From positions 21,560 to 85,559 of the forward strand of contig JAAYEI010000045.1 of the NCBI GenBank assembly GCA_012728815.1: a stretch of 64,000 bases of DNA. Direction: 5' to 3'. The translations under genes and the position numbers were made by a program. The stretch comes from Clostridiales bacterium (GTDB lineage: Bacteria > Bacillota > Clostridia > Christensenellales > Aristaeellaceae). The notes below the pieces were generated by a model that saw only the letters and a list, made by a program, of their open reading frames with translations, was not told the origin of the DNA and ran no database searches. Positions 47,400-56,445 of the stretch are shown here, piece after piece (within the stretch, counting starts at the first letter, position 1; every line of letters begins with the position of its first letter).

Positions 47400-49265
47400 G
47401 TGTTGAAGCCACTTCCATTTACCAAGGTACGCGTCACCGACCCGGACTGGACGCGCCGGATTGACCTGGTGCGCACCGTGGTGCTCCCCTACCAGTGGGA
47501 GATTCTCAACGACCGGGTGGACGGCGCGGAAAAGAGCTACTGCGTGCGCAACTTCAGGGCCGCCGCGGGGGACATCAAGGCGCCGCACGGCGGCATGGTC
47601 TTCCAGGACTCGGACCTGTACAAGTGGCTGGAGGCGGTGGCCTACACCCTGGCCGTGCACCGCGACGAGGCGCTGGAGAAGCTGGCCGATGAGGCGGTGG
47701 AGCTGATTGTGCACGCCCAGGAGGAGGACGGCTACCTCAACACCTACTACAGCCTCATGAAGCCGCAGAAGCGCTACACCAACCTGATGGAGGGGCACGA
47801 GCTGTACTGTGCCGGGCATATGATAGAGGCCGCGGTGGCCTATGACCAGGCCACCGGCAAGGACCGCCTGCTGCAGGCCGCGCTCAGGCTGGCCCGCCAC
47901 CTGCACGGCTATTTTATGCCGCGGCGGGGCTATCCGGGCCACCCGGAGGTGGAGCTGGCCCTCATCAAGCTGTATGAGCACACCGGGGACGCCGGCAGCC
48001 TGGAGCTGGCCCACCACCTGATTGACGTGCGGGGCGCGGGCGAGAACCAGCTGGACCTGGAGCGCAAGGACCCTGACCACGACTGGATCTGGGAGCCCAT
48101 GAAGCGGTTTGACGACCAGTATTTCCAGGCGCACCAGCCGGTGCGCGAGCAAAAAACAGCCGAGGGCCACGCGGTGCGCGCGATGTACCTGTACAGCGCC
48201 ATGGCTGACGCCGCGCGGCTGGGCGGGGACAAGGCATTGCGGGATGCCTGCCTCGCCCTGGCCGACAACATGCGCACCAGGCGCCTCTACGTCACCGGAG
48301 GCATCGGCTCCGCCAGCTTTGGCGAGCGTTTCACCACCGACTATGACCTGCCCAATGACAGCATGTATTGCGAGACCTGCGCCTCCATCGGCCTGATGCT
48401 GTTCGCGCGGCGCATGAGCTGGCTGACCGGGGACCCGCGCTACTTTGACCTGTGGGAACGCGCGCTGAACAACACCGTGCTGGCCGGAATGGGCGAGGAC
48501 GGCAAGCACTTCTTCTATGTCAACCCGCTGGAGGTGCGCCCGGACGCCATCCGCTGGAACATGACCTATGAGCATGTCAAGCCGGTGCGGCAAAGCTGGT
48601 TTGGCGTGGCCTGCTGCCCGCCCAACATCGCCCGCACGCTGCCCAGCCTGTCCGGCAGCCTGTATGCCCGCTCAAAGGGCGCGCTGCATGTGCTCAGCCA
48701 CATCGCCAGCCAGTTTGAGGACGAAGGGCTGCGGGTTGAACTCCGCCGCTCTGGCGAGGACTACACCCTGGCGGTGGACGGCCCGGCCCTGGAGCTGCAC
48801 CTGCGCGTGCCAGAAGGGTCTGAGCTGACGGCGACAGATGGCCAGGCCGAGGTGGGCAGGCACATCTTCCGGCACCCGGGGGGCGAGCAAACCTACCGCT
48901 ACCGCCTGCGTCCGCGCCTGCGCGTTGTGCGCGCCAACCCCAAGGTGGCCGCAAACGCGGGCAAGGTGTGCGTGATGCGCGGGCTGGATGTCTATTGCCT
49001 GGAGGAAAAGGACAACGGCCCCTGGCTGTCCGGCCTTTGCCTGAAGGAGGGCAGCCTGCCCCGCGAGGTGCCCGGCCAAACCATGGACGGCCTGCCTGTG
49101 CTTGAGGCCGAGGGCCTGCGCATGGCGGACAGCGGCTATGAGGACAGCCTGTACGCAGATCTGAAGCCCGCCTACCAGCCGGTGACCCTGCGCTTTGTCC
49201 CCTACCGCGCCTGGGGCAACCGCGGCGCGGGCGAGATGACCGTCTGGGTAAACAGCCTGCACTGA
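47400..49265 (+). CDS. Glycoside hydrolase family 127 (HypBA1-type beta-L-arabinofuranosidase, DUF1680)
   Basis: 621 aa, GTG start. FQDSDLYKWLEA, GHELYCAGH, ETCASIG and VACCPPNIAR are the Glu/Cys zinc site and Cys-nucleophile region as I recall them for HypBA1. Confidence 0.85.
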   Translation: MLKPLPFTKVRVTDPDWTRRIDLVRTVVLPYQWEILNDRVDGAEKSYCVRNFRAAAGDIKAPHGGMVFQDSDLYKWLEAVAYTLAVHRDEALEKLADEAVELIVHAQEEDGYLNTYYSLMKPQKRYTNLMEGHELYCAGHMIEAAVAYDQATGKDRLLQAALRLARHLHGYFMPRRGYPGHPEVELALIKLYEHTGDAGSLELAHHLIDVRGAGENQLDLERKDPDHDWIWEPMKRFDDQYFQAHQPVREQKTAEGHAVRAMYLYSAMADAARLGGDKALRDACLALADNMRTRRLYVTGGIGSASFGERFTTDYDLPNDSMYCETCASIGLMLFARRMSWLTGDPRYFDLWERALNNTVLAGMGEDGKHFFYVNPLEVRPDAIRWNMTYEHVKPVRQSWFGVACCPPNIARTLPSLSGSLYARSKGALHVLSHIASQFEDEGLRVELRRSGEDYTLAVDGPALELHLRVPEGSELTATDGQAEVGRHIFRHPGGEQTYRYRLRPRLRVVRANPKVAANAGKVCVMRGLDVYCLEEKDNGPWLSGLCLKEGSLPREVPGQTMDGLPVLEAEGLRMADSGYEDSLYADLKPAYQPVTLRFVPYRAWGNRGAGEMTVWVNSLH

Positions 49266-49331
49266 CCCTGTTTCCCTGCACCCCTGGTGCATACACAATT
49301 GTAAGGAGGAGAACACATCAAAGGGGCGCAG

Positions 49332-49424
49332 ATGATGCTGGCCATCCTGCCGGGTGTGCTGGTCTACCTGGTGGGGCAGCGCTACTTTGTGGAGGGCATC
49401 GTGATGACCGGCCTGAAAAGCTGA
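49332..49424 (+). pseudogene. Remnant of the C-terminus of a carbohydrate ABC transporter permease
   Basis: 30-codon ORF MMLAILPGVLVYLVGQRYFVEGIVMTGLKS*. This is the characteristic last TM helix and ..Q+YFV.GI..G.+K tail of MalG/AraQ-type sugar permeases, with nothing of the rest of the gene upstream (in-frame TAA at 49302). Confidence 0.55.
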
Positions 49425-49469
49425 GCAAGCCGGCAACAACACGGCCCGGCACCCAACCCAATTGAAACC

Positions 49470-49497
49470 AAACCATCGGCCTGGCCGATGGTTTGTT
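49470..49497. terminator. Palindromic hairpin between convergent transcription units
   Basis: AAACCATCGGCC-T-GGCCGATGGTTT (12-bp arms) followed by GTT on the + strand. Lies between the permease remnant (+) and the 227-aa gene (-). Confidence 0.5.
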
Positions 49498-49509
49498 CAT
49501 AAAGATTGA

Positions 49510-50193
49510 TCAGGCCTGTCCGCGGTATTTGAGCATCAGCCCATGGAAAATCTCCCCGGCGCTGGGCGGGGTGTAGGTGATGGCATTGGCGCCGGCTTCA
49601 ATGGTCTGCAGGATGCTCTCCTGGGTGGGGCCGCCGGTGGCCATGATGGGGTAATCCGGCCCGGCCAGCTCGCGCACCCGGCGCACCAGTTCCACGGTCC
49701 CGGGCCCGCCGGACACGTTCAGGATGTCCGCGCCGGCCTGGATCTTGCCCATGAAGTCCTCCTGCAGGGACCCCACGGTGGCGATCAGGGGGATGTCCAC
49801 CACCTCGGCAAGCTCCCGGATCATCTCCGGCTTCATGGGCGCATTCACCACCACGCCATAGGCGCCCAGCAGCTCGGCCTGCAGCGCCAGGCTGATGCAG
49901 CGCTGACCGGAGGTGGTGCCCCCGCCCACGCCCACAAACACGGGGCAGCGCGCCATGCCAAGGACAGCGGTGGCGATGTTCAGTTGCGGCGTGAAGGGGT
50001 AGACGCACAGGATGGCCTGGGCGTTGTTGTTGGCGATGATGGATACGTCTGTGGTGAAGATGATGGATTTGATGCGTGTGCCCATGATGGTGATGCCTGT
50101 GCTCTGGTAGATGACCTCGGGCACGGAAATGCTGTTGCGGCGCAGCTCCGACGCCAGGCCCGGGCTGGGCTTCCGTTTGTCCTCCGCTCTCAT
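49510..50193 (-). CDS. Uncharacterised protein, probable (beta/alpha)-barrel of the ribulose-phosphate-binding type
   Basis: 227 aa, ATG 50193 with AAAGGAGG 5 nt upstream. The strand/helix periodicity, the Gly-rich loops VGVGGGTTSG and IMATGGP, and ..IPLIATVGS..AGADILNVSG.. loosely recall NanE/PcrB/GlpP-like barrels. I cannot name a family. Confidence 0.5.
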   Translation of the reverse strand: MRAEDKRKPSPGLASELRRNSISVPEVIYQSTGITIMGTRIKSIIFTTDVSIIANNNAQAILCVYPFTPQLNIATAVLGMARCPVFVGVGGGTTSGQRCISLALQAELLGAYGVVVNAPMKPEMIRELAEVVDIPLIATVGSLQEDFMGKIQAGADILNVSGGPGTVELVRRVRELAGPDYPIMATGGPTQESILQTIEAGANAITYTPPSAGEIFHGLMLKYRGQA

Positions 50194-50354
50194 GGGGCCT
50201 CCTTTTGGCTTGGGGTTCCCGCGGGAGTTCCGTCACTTTATTGTACCACATGGCCAGCGTCAGCCGGCCCAGGCTGTATACAAACTGATGGCGGGGCGTT
50301 TGAGGGGCCCGGCCTTCTGGGCGCAGCCGCATCTGGCGCGCCGGGCAGGCGGGG

Positions 50355-51383
50355 CTATTGCGCCTGCAGGCGCCTGATCAGGGCACGCCCCTCCTCTGAG
50401 CGCAGGTAGGCCTGGGTGGTGGGCGGCAGCAGCAGGCGCAGGCCTTCCAGGTCGCCGGCCTTGAGCAGCCCGCGCACGCGGGTGGCGCTGATGGGCTGGC
50501 CGTCGGCATCCGCCCGCCGGGGGATCACCCGCAGCGCCACGCCATAGCCGGGCAGGTCGGCCGCCATGGCCTGGTTGTACAGCCTGGTGGCAAAGGAGAA
50601 GGGCTCCTCCCCCACAAAGCGCCGGTTGATGCCCAGGGCACCGGCGATGCGCCCAAAAACAGCCGCGTCCACCCGCGCCTGGGCGATGGTGACCTGCTCG
50701 CTGTCCTGGATAAAGTAGGAGGGAAAGGTAGCTGAACTGACGATGTAGGGCCCGGTGTGGTGGTAGACCACGTTGTTCAGGTGGGCTGTGCCCACGCGCA
50801 CCAGCCGGTCACGTACCAAAAAGGGAAAGGCGGAGACGTCCTCCCGCACCACGAAAAGATGCAGGATGTCACAGCTGGCGCTGGCCTGCTCGGCCAGGTG
50901 CTGGTGCCCCAGGGTGAAGGGGTTGGCGTTCATCACCACGGCGCCCACCCGGGGCGCGTCCACAAAGCGCGCGCGCACATCCTGCAGGTAGGCGTCAAAG
51001 GCGGTGGCACTGCTTTCCATGAAGACCACCGACTGGTCCACCCGGGCCAGGGTGTGGAAGCCCAGCTCCTCAAAATACCGGGCCGCGGGGGCCTTGGTGT
51101 ACAAAAACACGTCAAAGACGCCGCGCTGGGCCAGCTCGTCGCGCAGGTGGCCCACCAGGGTGCCCAGCAGCCCCTCCCCCCGCAGGTCATCCCGCACGGC
51201 CAGGCAGCGCAGGGTGTTGCGGAAGAAGGAGCCCGTGCCCGCCATGCGCCCGGAGGGCTCGTAGGCGGCCAGGGTGTAGTCCAGGTTGCGGTCCATGGTG
51301 AGGCCCTCCCCCAGCAGCAGCGCCTGCACCTGCTGCCGCGCCGCCTGGTCAAAGGCGTATACCCGCCTGATGTCGTACTGCAT
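50355..51383 (-). CDS. citC: [Citrate (pro-3S)-lyase] ligase (acetate:SH-citrate lyase ligase)
   Basis: Start at MQYDIRRVY (ATG 51383, GGGGAGG upstream). N-terminal GNAT-like region, then a cytidylyltransferase-like core with NPFTLGHQHL, FVV.ED.S.FPF..R and ISAT.VR, as in CitC. Confidence 0.85.
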   Translation of the reverse strand: MQYDIRRVYAFDQAARQQVQALLLGEGLTMDRNLDYTLAAYEPSGRMAGTGSFFRNTLRCLAVRDDLRGEGLLGTLVGHLRDELAQRGVFDVFLYTKAPAARYFEELGFHTLARVDQSVVFMESSATAFDAYLQDVRARFVDAPRVGAVVMNANPFTLGHQHLAEQASASCDILHLFVVREDVSAFPFLVRDRLVRVGTAHLNNVVYHHTGPYIVSSATFPSYFIQDSEQVTIAQARVDAAVFGRIAGALGINRRFVGEEPFSFATRLYNQAMAADLPGYGVALRVIPRRADADGQPISATRVRGLLKAGDLEGLRLLLPPTTQAYLRSEEGRALIRRLQAQ

Positions 51384-51625
51384 CGCGCCAGCCTCCCCTG
51401 CGGTTGAATCAGCCCTGGTTCCCGTCAATCATAAAATGTTTGGCGGTGCCGGTCAACGCCGCCCACAGCGCCGGGGGCGCGCAAGGCTGATGGGCCAAAT
51501 GCCAGCAGGCATGATTAGGCCAGTTGACAGCCAGCGTTTTGCTGTGCAAATTGACGGCCTTTTTGTGCCGGGCTATGATGATAGCCGGCACATCATCACG
51601 CAGGACGCGCAAAGGAGGCAGCCTC

Positions 51626-52963
51626 ATGGATGTACAGGGCATGATGCGCGCCCGGGACGGGCGGGCCAGGCGCCAGGCGGCGCTGCTTGAAGAGCACGGC
51701 CTGACCTTGGTCTGCCTGGGCCTGAACATCGCCGGCCCCCTGAAAACCAACCGCCGCATTGAGGCCGCCTTCCGCCTGGCCTGCCAAGACCTGTACGATG
51801 CCCTGGCCGCCAGCCGCCTGCGGGTGAAGCACCGGGAAACCTACCTGCTGCCCAGCGGGCCGGAGGGCTATGTCTGCGTGGAGGGCGGGGCACAGGCCGT
51901 CAAGGCGCTGTGCCTGGCGCTGGAGGAGCGTGACGCCCTGGGCCGGCTGCTGGACCTGGATGTGCTGGCGCCGGACGGGCGCAAGCTCTCCCGGCAGGCG
52001 CTGAGGCGGCCTGCGCGCGGCTGCCTGGTGTGCGGCCGCCCGGGCTCCTACTGCGCGGCCAGCCGCGCGCACGACGCGGGCACCCTGTACCGCGCGGCCA
52101 TGGGCATCATCACCGCGGCGCTGGGGCAGCGCCAGCAGGAGAAGGTGGGCGCGCTGGCAACGCAGGCGCTGCTGGTGGAGCTGGCCGTCACCCCCAAGCC
52201 CGGCCTGGTGGACCGCAACAACACCGGTGCCCACCAGGACATGGACTGCCACACCTTCGTGGCCAGCGCGGCCGTCCTGACCGGCTATTTTGAAACCTGC
52301 GCGCGCCTGGGCCGCAAATACGGGGCCGGGGAGGGCTGCTTCGCGCGGCTGCGCCTGGAGGGCAAGCTGGCCCAGGGCAGGATGCTGCGGGCCACCGGGG
52401 GCGTGAACACCCACCAGGGCGCCATCTTCACCCTGGGCATCCTGGCGGCGGCGGCCGGCTATCTGTTGAACCAGCAGCAGCCCGTGAGCCCCAAGCGCCT
52501 GTCCCAGGCCAGCATGCGCCTGTGCGCCGCGGCGCTGGAGGGGGAGCGCGCCCAGTTGAGGGAGGCAGTGACCTGGGGCGAGCGGCTGATGAAGGGCCGC
52601 CTGGCCGGCGCCCGGGCAGAGGCGGCCGCCGGCTTCCCCACCGTGATGGCGGCAGGCCTGCCCGCGCTGCAGGAGGCCCTGGCGGGGGGGCAGACCCTGG
52701 ATGAGGCCGGCGCCAGGGCGCTGCTTGTCATCATGCTCAAGGCCGAGGACACCGTGCTGCTGCGCCGGGCGGGGGCCGCGGGCGCGGGCCGGGCGCTGGC
52801 GGATGCCGCCAGGGTGCTGGCAGGCGGCCTGCGGCCTGATGACCTGCTGGCGCTGGACCAGGCCTTCATCTGCCAGGGGCTTTCCCCCGGCGGCAGCGCC
52901 GACCTGCTGGCCGCCACCCTGTTCGTCCACCTGCTGGAAGCGGATGGAAAAATACAAGGATAG
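51626..52963 (+). CDS. citXG: CitX-CitG fusion: apo-citrate lyase phosphoribosyl-dephospho-CoA transferase / triphosphoribosyl-dephospho-CoA synthase
   Basis: Start at MDVQGMMRARDGR (ATG 51626, AAAGGAGG 7 nt upstream). The N-terminal ~170 aa are CitX-like (LNIAGP.K, RLLDLDV). The rest is CitG/MdcB-like (TPKPGLVD...GAH.DMD, GG.NTHQGAIF, SPGGSADLLA). Confidence 0.8.
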   Translation: MDVQGMMRARDGRARRQAALLEEHGLTLVCLGLNIAGPLKTNRRIEAAFRLACQDLYDALAASRLRVKHRETYLLPSGPEGYVCVEGGAQAVKALCLALEERDALGRLLDLDVLAPDGRKLSRQALRRPARGCLVCGRPGSYCAASRAHDAGTLYRAAMGIITAALGQRQQEKVGALATQALLVELAVTPKPGLVDRNNTGAHQDMDCHTFVASAAVLTGYFETCARLGRKYGAGEGCFARLRLEGKLAQGRMLRATGGVNTHQGAIFTLGILAAAAGYLLNQQQPVSPKRLSQASMRLCAAALEGERAQLREAVTWGERLMKGRLAGARAEAAAGFPTVMAAGLPALQEALAGGQTLDEAGARALLVIMLKAEDTVLLRRAGAAGAGRALADAARVLAGGLRPDDLLALDQAFICQGLSPGGSADLLAATLFVHLLEADGKIQG

Positions 52964-53071
52964 GGCAGCGTTCGGGCGTGCAATTTGACGCATCTTTTAG
53001 TATAGTGGTATTTGTGGTTTTTTGGTCTCGCGCGAAATTCGCGCCCAGCAACATAGAAAGGAGACATGGAC

Positions 53072-53368
53072 ATGGCGACACAAATATCCTGGTGGATGGT
53101 GGTGCTGCTTGGCATGGGCATCGTGTTCATCGGCCTGGGCCTGCTGGTGCTGCTGTGCGACATCCTGCGCGTCCTGCTGGCCCGTTCCGGCCACAAGGCG
53201 CCGGACGCCGCCCAGCCAGCCAGCCAGCCGGCGCCCGCCGCGGCGCTGCCCACAGGGCCGCAGCGGCAGAAGCTGATGGCCATCATCACCGCCGCGATTG
53301 CGGAGGACCTGGGCCAGGAGGTCAGCGGTTTTCGGATTGTATCATTTGAGAGGAGGACACAGGCATGA
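53072..53368 (+). CDS. oadG: Sodium-pump decarboxylase gamma subunit (OadG family)
   Basis: Single N-terminal TM segment (WWMVVLLGMGIVFIGLGLLVLL), Ala/Pro-rich linker, and C-terminal AAIAEDLG...FRIVSF typical of OadG. ATG 53072 has better spacing to AAAGGAG than ATG 53066. Confidence 0.75.
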   Translation: MATQISWWMVVLLGMGIVFIGLGLLVLLCDILRVLLARSGHKAPDAAQPASQPAPAAALPTGPQRQKLMAIITAAIAEDLGQEVSGFRIVSFERRTQA

Positions 53369-53706
53369 GAAAATACAAGGTGATTGTGGATGGAACGGCA
53401 TATGAGGTGGGCGTGGAGCTGTTGAGCGGCGCGCCGGAGGCTGCGGCCGCCCCCGCCCCTGCCCCCGCGCAGCCAGCACCCGCGGCGGCCGCGGGCGAGG
53501 TCATCCGCAGCCCCATGCCGGGCAACATCCTCTCCGTCAACGTGCAGCCCGGCAACGCGGTCAAGGAAGGCCAGGTGCTGATGGTGCTGGAAGCGCTGAA
53601 GATGGAAAACGAAATCATCTGCCCCAGGGACGGCGTCGTCGGCGCGGTGCATGTGCAGGCAGGCGCATCGGTGGAGACCGATACGCCGCTGTGCACGCTG
53701 CAGTAA
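53365..53706 (+). CDS. Biotin carboxyl carrier protein (biotinyl domain) of the decarboxylase
   Basis: 113 aa. Ala/Pro linker followed by SPMPG....V..G..V..GQ.L.VLEALKMENEI, the biotinyl-lysine motif with Leu in place of the usual Met before the Lys. Confidence 0.85.
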   Translation: MRKYKVIVDGTAYEVGVELLSGAPEAAAAPAPAPAQPAPAAAAGEVIRSPMPGNILSVNVQPGNAVKEGQVLMVLEALKMENEIICPRDGVVGAVHVQAGASVETDTPLCTLQ

Positions 53707-53715
53707 GGTCGCGCC

Positions 53716-54882
53716 ATGCAAAACGTCATTGAGTTCCTGAAGCAGACAGGCTTCTATCTGCTGGCCGGGGATTACCGCTACCTGGTGATGATCCTGATTT
53801 CCGTCGTGCTGCTCTACCTTGCCATCGCGCGCAAATTTGAGCCGCTGCTACTGCTGCCCATCGCCATTGGCATGCTGCTGAGCAACCTGCCCGGCGCCAA
53901 CATCTACCACGCAGAGCTGTTTGCCCAGGGCAAGGTCAACTGGCAGGCGCTGGCGGCCACCGGCGGGCTGCTGGACTACCTCTACCTGGGGGTCAAGCTG
54001 GGCATCTACCCCTGCCTGATTTTCATCGGCGTGGGCGCGATGACCGACTTTGGCCCGCTGCTGGCCAACCCCAAGAGCCTGCTGCTGGGCGCCGCCGGGC
54101 AGCTGGGCATCTTCCTCACCTACACCGGCGCGGTGCTCTTCCTGGGCTTTTCACCCGCCCAGGGCGGCTCCATCGGCATCATCGGCGGGGCGGACGGCCC
54201 CACGGCCATCTTTGTGGCCACCAAGCTGGCGCCCGAGCTGCTGGGCCCCATCGCCGTGGCCGCCTATTCCTATATGGCGTTGGTGCCCGTCATCCAGCCG
54301 CCCATCATGCACGCGCTGACCACCAAGAAAGAGCGCCAGATTATCATGAAGCCGCTGCGCACGGTGTCCCGCCTGGAGAAGATTGTCTTCCCCATCGCGG
54401 TCACCATCTTTGTGGCTTTCCTGGTGCCCTCGGCCACCCCGCTGATTGGCAGCCTGATGCTGGGCAACCTGCTGCGGGAGAGCGGCGTCACCGAGCGGCT
54501 GAGCAAGACCGCGCAAAACGAGCTGATGAACATCACCACCATCTTCCTGGGGCTGTCCGTTGGGGCCACCGCCACGGCGAACATCTTCCTGACCTGGTCC
54601 ACCATCAAGATCCTGCTGCTGGGCGTGCTGGCCTTTGCCATCGGCACCGCGGGCGGCGTGCTGCTGGCCAAGTTCATGAACCTCTTCCTGAAGGAAAAGA
54701 TCAACCCGCTCATTGGCTCCGCCGGCGTATCCGCCGTGCCCATGGCGGCGCGGGTCTCCCAGGTGGAGGGGCAGAAGGCCCGCCCGGGCAACTACCTGCT
54801 CATGCACGCCATGGGCCCCAACGTGGCCGGCGTCATCGGCTCGGCCATCGCGGCCGGCGTGCTGATCGCCCTATTTTCCTAA
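53716..54882 (+). CDS. oadB: Sodium ion-translocating decarboxylase beta subunit
   Basis: 388 aa polytopic protein. [35 protein letters not shown] and [13 protein letters not shown] are OadB/GcdB/MmdB blocks. Confidence 0.9.
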   Translation: MQNVIEFLKQTGFYLLAGDYRYLVMILISVVLLYLAIARKFEPLLLLPIAIGMLLSNLPGANIYHAELFAQGKVNWQALAATGGLLDYLYLGVKLGIYPCLIFIGVGAMTDFGPLLANPKSLLLGAAGQLGIFLTYTGAVLFLGFSPAQGGSIGIIGGADGPTAIFVATKLAPELLGPIAVAAYSYMALVPVIQPPIMHALTTKKERQIIMKPLRTVSRLEKIVFPIAVTIFVAFLVPSATPLIGSLMLGNLLRESGVTERLSKTAQNELMNITTIFLGLSVGATATANIFLTWSTIKILLLGVLAFAIGTAGGVLLAKFMNLFLKEKINPLIGSAGVSAVPMAARVSQVEGQKARPGNYLLMHAMGPNVAGVIGSAIAAGVLIALFS

Positions 54883-54894
54883 GCGAGGTCATCC

Positions 54895-56322
54895 ATGGAA
54901 CATAAGAAACTGCAAATTACAGAAACCATCCTGCGGGACGCCCACCAGTCCCTGGCGGCCACGCGCATGCGCACGGAAGAAATGCTGCCCGCCGCCCAGC
55001 TGCTGGACAGCATGGGCTACTGGTCCCTGGAGGTGTGGGGCGGGGCTACCTTTGACACCTGCCTGCGCTTTTTGAACGAGGACCCCTGGCAGCGCCTGCG
55101 CGACCTGAAAAAAGCCATGCCAAACACCAGGCTGCAGATGCTGCTGCGTGGGCAGAACCTGCTGGGCTACAAGCACTACGCGGACGACGTGGTGGACGCG
55201 TTTGTGCGCCTGTCCATCGAAAACGGCATCGAGGTGGTGCGCATCTTTGACGCGCTCAACGACATGCGCAACCTCACCTCCTCCATGCGCGCGGTCAAGA
55301 AATACGGCGGGCTGGTGGAGGCCTCCTTCAGCTACACCCTGAGCCCCGTGCACAATGAGGCCTACTTTGTCAACCTGTCCCGGCAGCTGCAGGACGAGGG
55401 CGCGGACACCATCTGCGTCAAGGACATGGCCGGGCTGCTGCTGCCGGAGGCAGCCGCCAGCCTGGTGCGGGAGCTGAAGAAGCACATCAGCATCCCCATC
55501 CACCTGCACACCCACAACACGGCCGGGGTGGGCGCCGAAACCTACCTGGCCGGCGCCCGCGCTGGCGCGGACATCGTGGACTGCGCCCTCTCCCCCCTGG
55601 GCAGCGGCACCGCCCAGCCCGCCACCGAATCGGTGGTGGCGGCGCTGCAGGGCACGCCCTGGGACACCGGGCTGGACCTGAAGCAGCTCACCCAGGCGGC
55701 CAACCACTTCCGCAAGGTGGCCGACCGCCTGGAGAAGGACGGCTTCTTTGTGCCCGGGCAGGTGCTGCGCACCGACGTGAACGCGCTGATCTACCAGGTG
55801 CCTGGCGGCATGCTCAGCAACCTCTACAACCAGATGCGCGACGCCAAGGCCCTGGACAAGTATGACCAGGTGCTGCAGGAGGTGCCCCGGGTGCGCGCGG
55901 ACTTCGGCTACCCGCCCCTGGTGACCCCCACCAGCCAGATTGTGGGCACCCAGGCGGTGTTCAACGTGCTGCAGGGCCGCTACAAGAGCTTCACCAAGGA
56001 ATCCCGCGCGCTGCTGCGCGGCGAGTACGGCCGCCTGCCCGGGGACATCAACCCGGACGTCCAGCGCATGGCCCTGGGCGATGAGGAGCGCATCACCGTG
56101 CGTCCGGCCGACCTGATCGCGCCGGAGATGGACAAGCTGCGCGAAGACAGCCGGGAGTTTGCCCGCAGCGAGGAGGATGTGCTCAGCTACGCCCTCTTCC
56201 CCCAAGTTGCGGAAAAATACCTGCGGGAGCGCAACGCGCCCAAGGCGCCGCCCGCCCCCGCAGCCCCGGCGCAGCCCCAGCCCCAGGAGCCCCGCGTGCT
56301 CTACGTGCAGGACAGGGCCTGA
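54895..56322 (+). CDS. oadA: Oxaloacetate decarboxylase alpha subunit, carboxyltransferase domain (no fused biotinyl domain)
   Basis: 475 aa. ITETILRDAHQSL.ATRMR, LE.WGGATFD, LLRGQN..GY, H.H.HNT.G. The biotin domain is supplied by the separate 113-aa protein. Confidence 0.9.
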   Translation: MEHKKLQITETILRDAHQSLAATRMRTEEMLPAAQLLDSMGYWSLEVWGGATFDTCLRFLNEDPWQRLRDLKKAMPNTRLQMLLRGQNLLGYKHYADDVVDAFVRLSIENGIEVVRIFDALNDMRNLTSSMRAVKKYGGLVEASFSYTLSPVHNEAYFVNLSRQLQDEGADTICVKDMAGLLLPEAAASLVRELKKHISIPIHLHTHNTAGVGAETYLAGARAGADIVDCALSPLGSGTAQPATESVVAALQGTPWDTGLDLKQLTQAANHFRKVADRLEKDGFFVPGQVLRTDVNALIYQVPGGMLSNLYNQMRDAKALDKYDQVLQEVPRVRADFGYPPLVTPTSQIVGTQAVFNVLQGRYKSFTKESRALLRGEYGRLPGDINPDVQRMALGDEERITVRPADLIAPEMDKLREDSREFARSEEDVLSYALFPQVAEKYLRERNAPKAPPAPAAPAQPQPQEPRVLYVQDRA

Positions 56323-56357
56323 CAGGGGGCGCGCCCGAACTACCCACACAGACAAAC

Positions 56358-56385
56358 AGACAGGAGGCCGCAGGGCCTCCTGTCT
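56358..56385. terminator. Strong hairpin between convergent oadA and the DUF1858 gene
   Basis: AGACAGGAGGCC-GCAG-GGCCTCCTGTCT (12-bp perfect stem) followed by GCTTGT. Confidence 0.6.
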
Positions 56386-56445
56386 GCTTGTGCCAGCAAA
56401 GAAACGGGCGCCATACCCGCCGATGTGGGCACGCACCAGCAAGCC

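Noticed and set aside
49318-49500. 60-aa minus-strand ORF in the gap after GH127.
   Set aside because: It has no RBS or motif. The opposite strand encodes a recognisable sugar-permease C-terminal remnant, which explains the open frame better.
53030-53044. Palindrome GCGCGAA-A-TTCGCGC upstream of oadG, considered as a terminator for citXG or an operator.
   Set aside because: The T-run precedes rather than follows the hairpin on the + strand, and the stem is short. There is no regulator gene nearby to pair it with. I kept it only as a possible minor regulatory element without support.
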